Positions 62,502 through 64,000 of a stretch of DNA of 64,000 nt are shown piece after piece. Under the pieces are notes generated by a model, which saw nothing but the letters and a program-made list of their open reading frames with translations, made no database searches and had not been told where the DNA came from. The DNA comes from Longimicrobiales bacterium. GTDB lineage: Bacteria; Gemmatimonadota; Gemmatimonadetes; Longimicrobiales; Gaopeijiaceae. Made by a program: the position numbers and the translations under genes. The stretch is taken from assembly GCA_965248195.1 (NCBI GenBank), contig CBDFIQ010000002.1, forward strand, positions 864,001 through 928,000, written 5' to 3'. How positions within the stretch are numbered: position 1 is the stretch's first letter; each line of letters starts with the position of its first letter.

Positions 62502-64000
62502 TTAGCGACCGACAACCTTCGCCAGTGTCACCGTCAGGGTCGTGTTCGCGATGTCCACTCCGTTAGCCCTCCCGCTGATGGGGTCGGGTTCGAACGTCTG
62601 GAACAGGTAGTTGAGTCGGATGCCATGCGAAAGCTCTCCGGCCAGATTCCATCCGCGTAGATCCACCGCCCCTCGGAGTCCCCAGAACAATGAAACGTCA
62701 GAACGCTTGGGAGGGAAGACCACGTCCGACCAGATGACGGAATTGTCCCACCGGATCCGCCCTCCGAAGACTCCCGCCCGCCATCCGTCCGGCATGAAGT
62801 CGAAGGCGAGCCACTGGCTCGAGGCCCCGGGGCCGATGCCGGCCCCGATGACCTGACCTCGATGTGTGTACCCTTGAGGAACCACGCGACTCGTGTAGGT
62901 GGTGAAGAACGATCGCACCCGCCACGTGCCGCTCGGTTCGAGGTTCGTCATCTCGGCCTGGACGCGCAAGACTCCTGTCTCGCCCTTTCGGGCGGCCCAC
63001 TGGAATCCGGCCGTATAACCCTGTGAGTGACCGGGGAACTGCAGGAAGTCTTTGACGGAGGCCGGCTGCTCGAAGCGGGCCCAGTCCCCGTAGACCTCGA
63101 ACCCCGCGGGGGAGAACACCCACCGGCCGAACAGTGCAAAGATCTGGTCCCGTGCAGATGCGGTTGGCGAGTCTCCCTCGCTCGAGTTCGGTCGACCCAC
63201 GCTCCGGAAGACGTCGAAGGCCGCCGACGTCCATCCCTCCTCTTCGGTCTTTGGCGCATAGACCACCCGGGCCAGCCCCAGCGTGAGCCCTGGTTCGAAC
63301 GAAGGTTGGAGCGTGACAACCAGGCCGCTCAGGCTGCGCTCGTCGTTGGAGGGCTCGAGATCGAAGTAATCCGACTCCTCCAGGCGCCCTAGTATCCACC
63401 TCCCTTCCAGGGTTCCTGCACGGGTCTCGATCGGGCGGCTGGTGCGTAGGAAGAGACGGGGCACCCCGGGCGCGTGGTTGCTCATGATGATCCCGTTGCG
63501 GATTCCTGGCCCCCACCAGGTGTTCTCGGTAGCGGCCCCGAGGGAGACAGGCCCCAGCCGCACAGTCAGGCTGCTCTGGCCGGGCCCGATCTCGTCGAGC
63601 GTCTCCTCTCCAAACCGGACGGGCTTGTCGATGGACTCGGGCAGCGGGTGAAACGGGTCGGCGTGGATCTTTCTCGGCGGATCGAGATTCTGGGGGAAGA
63701 CAATGAACTGGAAGGGGGCGTTTTCCTGATACAGAAAGTCGGGCGCCATGATCAGGGTGGTCCTTCCCACCCGAAGTCGAACCCCCGCGGTGAGTCGGGC
63801 ACTCCACCCCGCTCCTGCCCATAGGGCCCCGTCGTTCATCGAGACGGGCAAATGGGAGTTCGAGACCGACCTGAGCTCGGGCGGCAGCAGCGTCATGGCC
63901 CATAGGCTCCCGGACTCCCGTAGGCTGTCCGATTCGGAAAGGAGAAGAGACGGGGTCCGGAGGAGATACCCGGCGGTCGGGGCTCCATTCAGGAGCTGGT
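62502..64000 (-). CDS. Capsule assembly Wzi-like outer-membrane protein, partial (5' end outside the window)
   Basis: ENTWWGPGIRNGIIMSNHAPG, YTHRGQVIGAGIGPG; frame open to 64000. Confidence 0.72.
   Translation of the reverse strand, partial: QLLNGAPTAGYLLRTPSLLLSESDSLRESGSLWAMTLLPPELRSVSNSHLPVSMNDGALWAGAGWSARLTAGVRLRVGRTTLIMAPDFLYQENAPFQFIVFPQNLDPPRKIHADPFHPLPESIDKPVRFGEETLDEIGPGQSSLTVRLGPVSLGAATENTWWGPGIRNGIIMSNHAPGVPRLFLRTSRPIETRAGTLEGRWILGRLEESDYFDLEPSNDERSLSGLVVTLQPSFEPGLTLGLARVVYAPKTEEEGWTSAAFDVFRSVGRPNSSEGDSPTASARDQIFALFGRWVFSPAGFEVYGDWARFEQPASVKDFLQFPGHSQGYTAGFQWAARKGETGVLRVQAEMTNLEPSGTWRVRSFFTTYTSRVVPQGYTHRGQVIGAGIGPGASSQWLAFDFMPDGWRAGVFGGRIRWDNSVIWSDVVFPPKRSDVSLFWGLRGAVDLRGWNLAGELSHGIRLNYLFQTFEPDPISGRANGVDIANTTLTVTLAKVVGR

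Overview
GC-rich bacterial window, probably Gemmatimonadota (inferred from protein style), with three blocks. (1) 1-5.5 kb accessory block: a partial lipoprotein, then a three-gene module (HPr-kinase-related kinase; PqqD/RRE protein fused to a twin-arginine-like leader and an 8-Cys tail; NTP_transf_5-type nucleotidyltransferase), split by an IS256 and an IS5-family element. This RiPP-like module is the best candidate for an undescribed system. (2) 5.7-27.2 kb: the str-S10-spc-alpha ribosomal protein cluster (infA absent from its usual site), with repeat-derived tails on L4, L15, L29 and S17, then rpmB. (3) 27.3-64 kb: hemD, then a mosaic surface-polysaccharide locus with an IS256-interrupted wecA-like gene, a 301-bp MITE, rmlDAB, cysQ and sat-cysC, decayed fcl and gmd remnants, two CapD paralogues, glycosyltransferases, wzx, wzy/ligase-like genes, and wzc-like and wzi-like genes. 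A 17-bp repeat between rmlD and rmlA forms an unbroken chain of stop/start-coupled mini-ORFs. All family calls come from motif recognition by eye; no searches were run.
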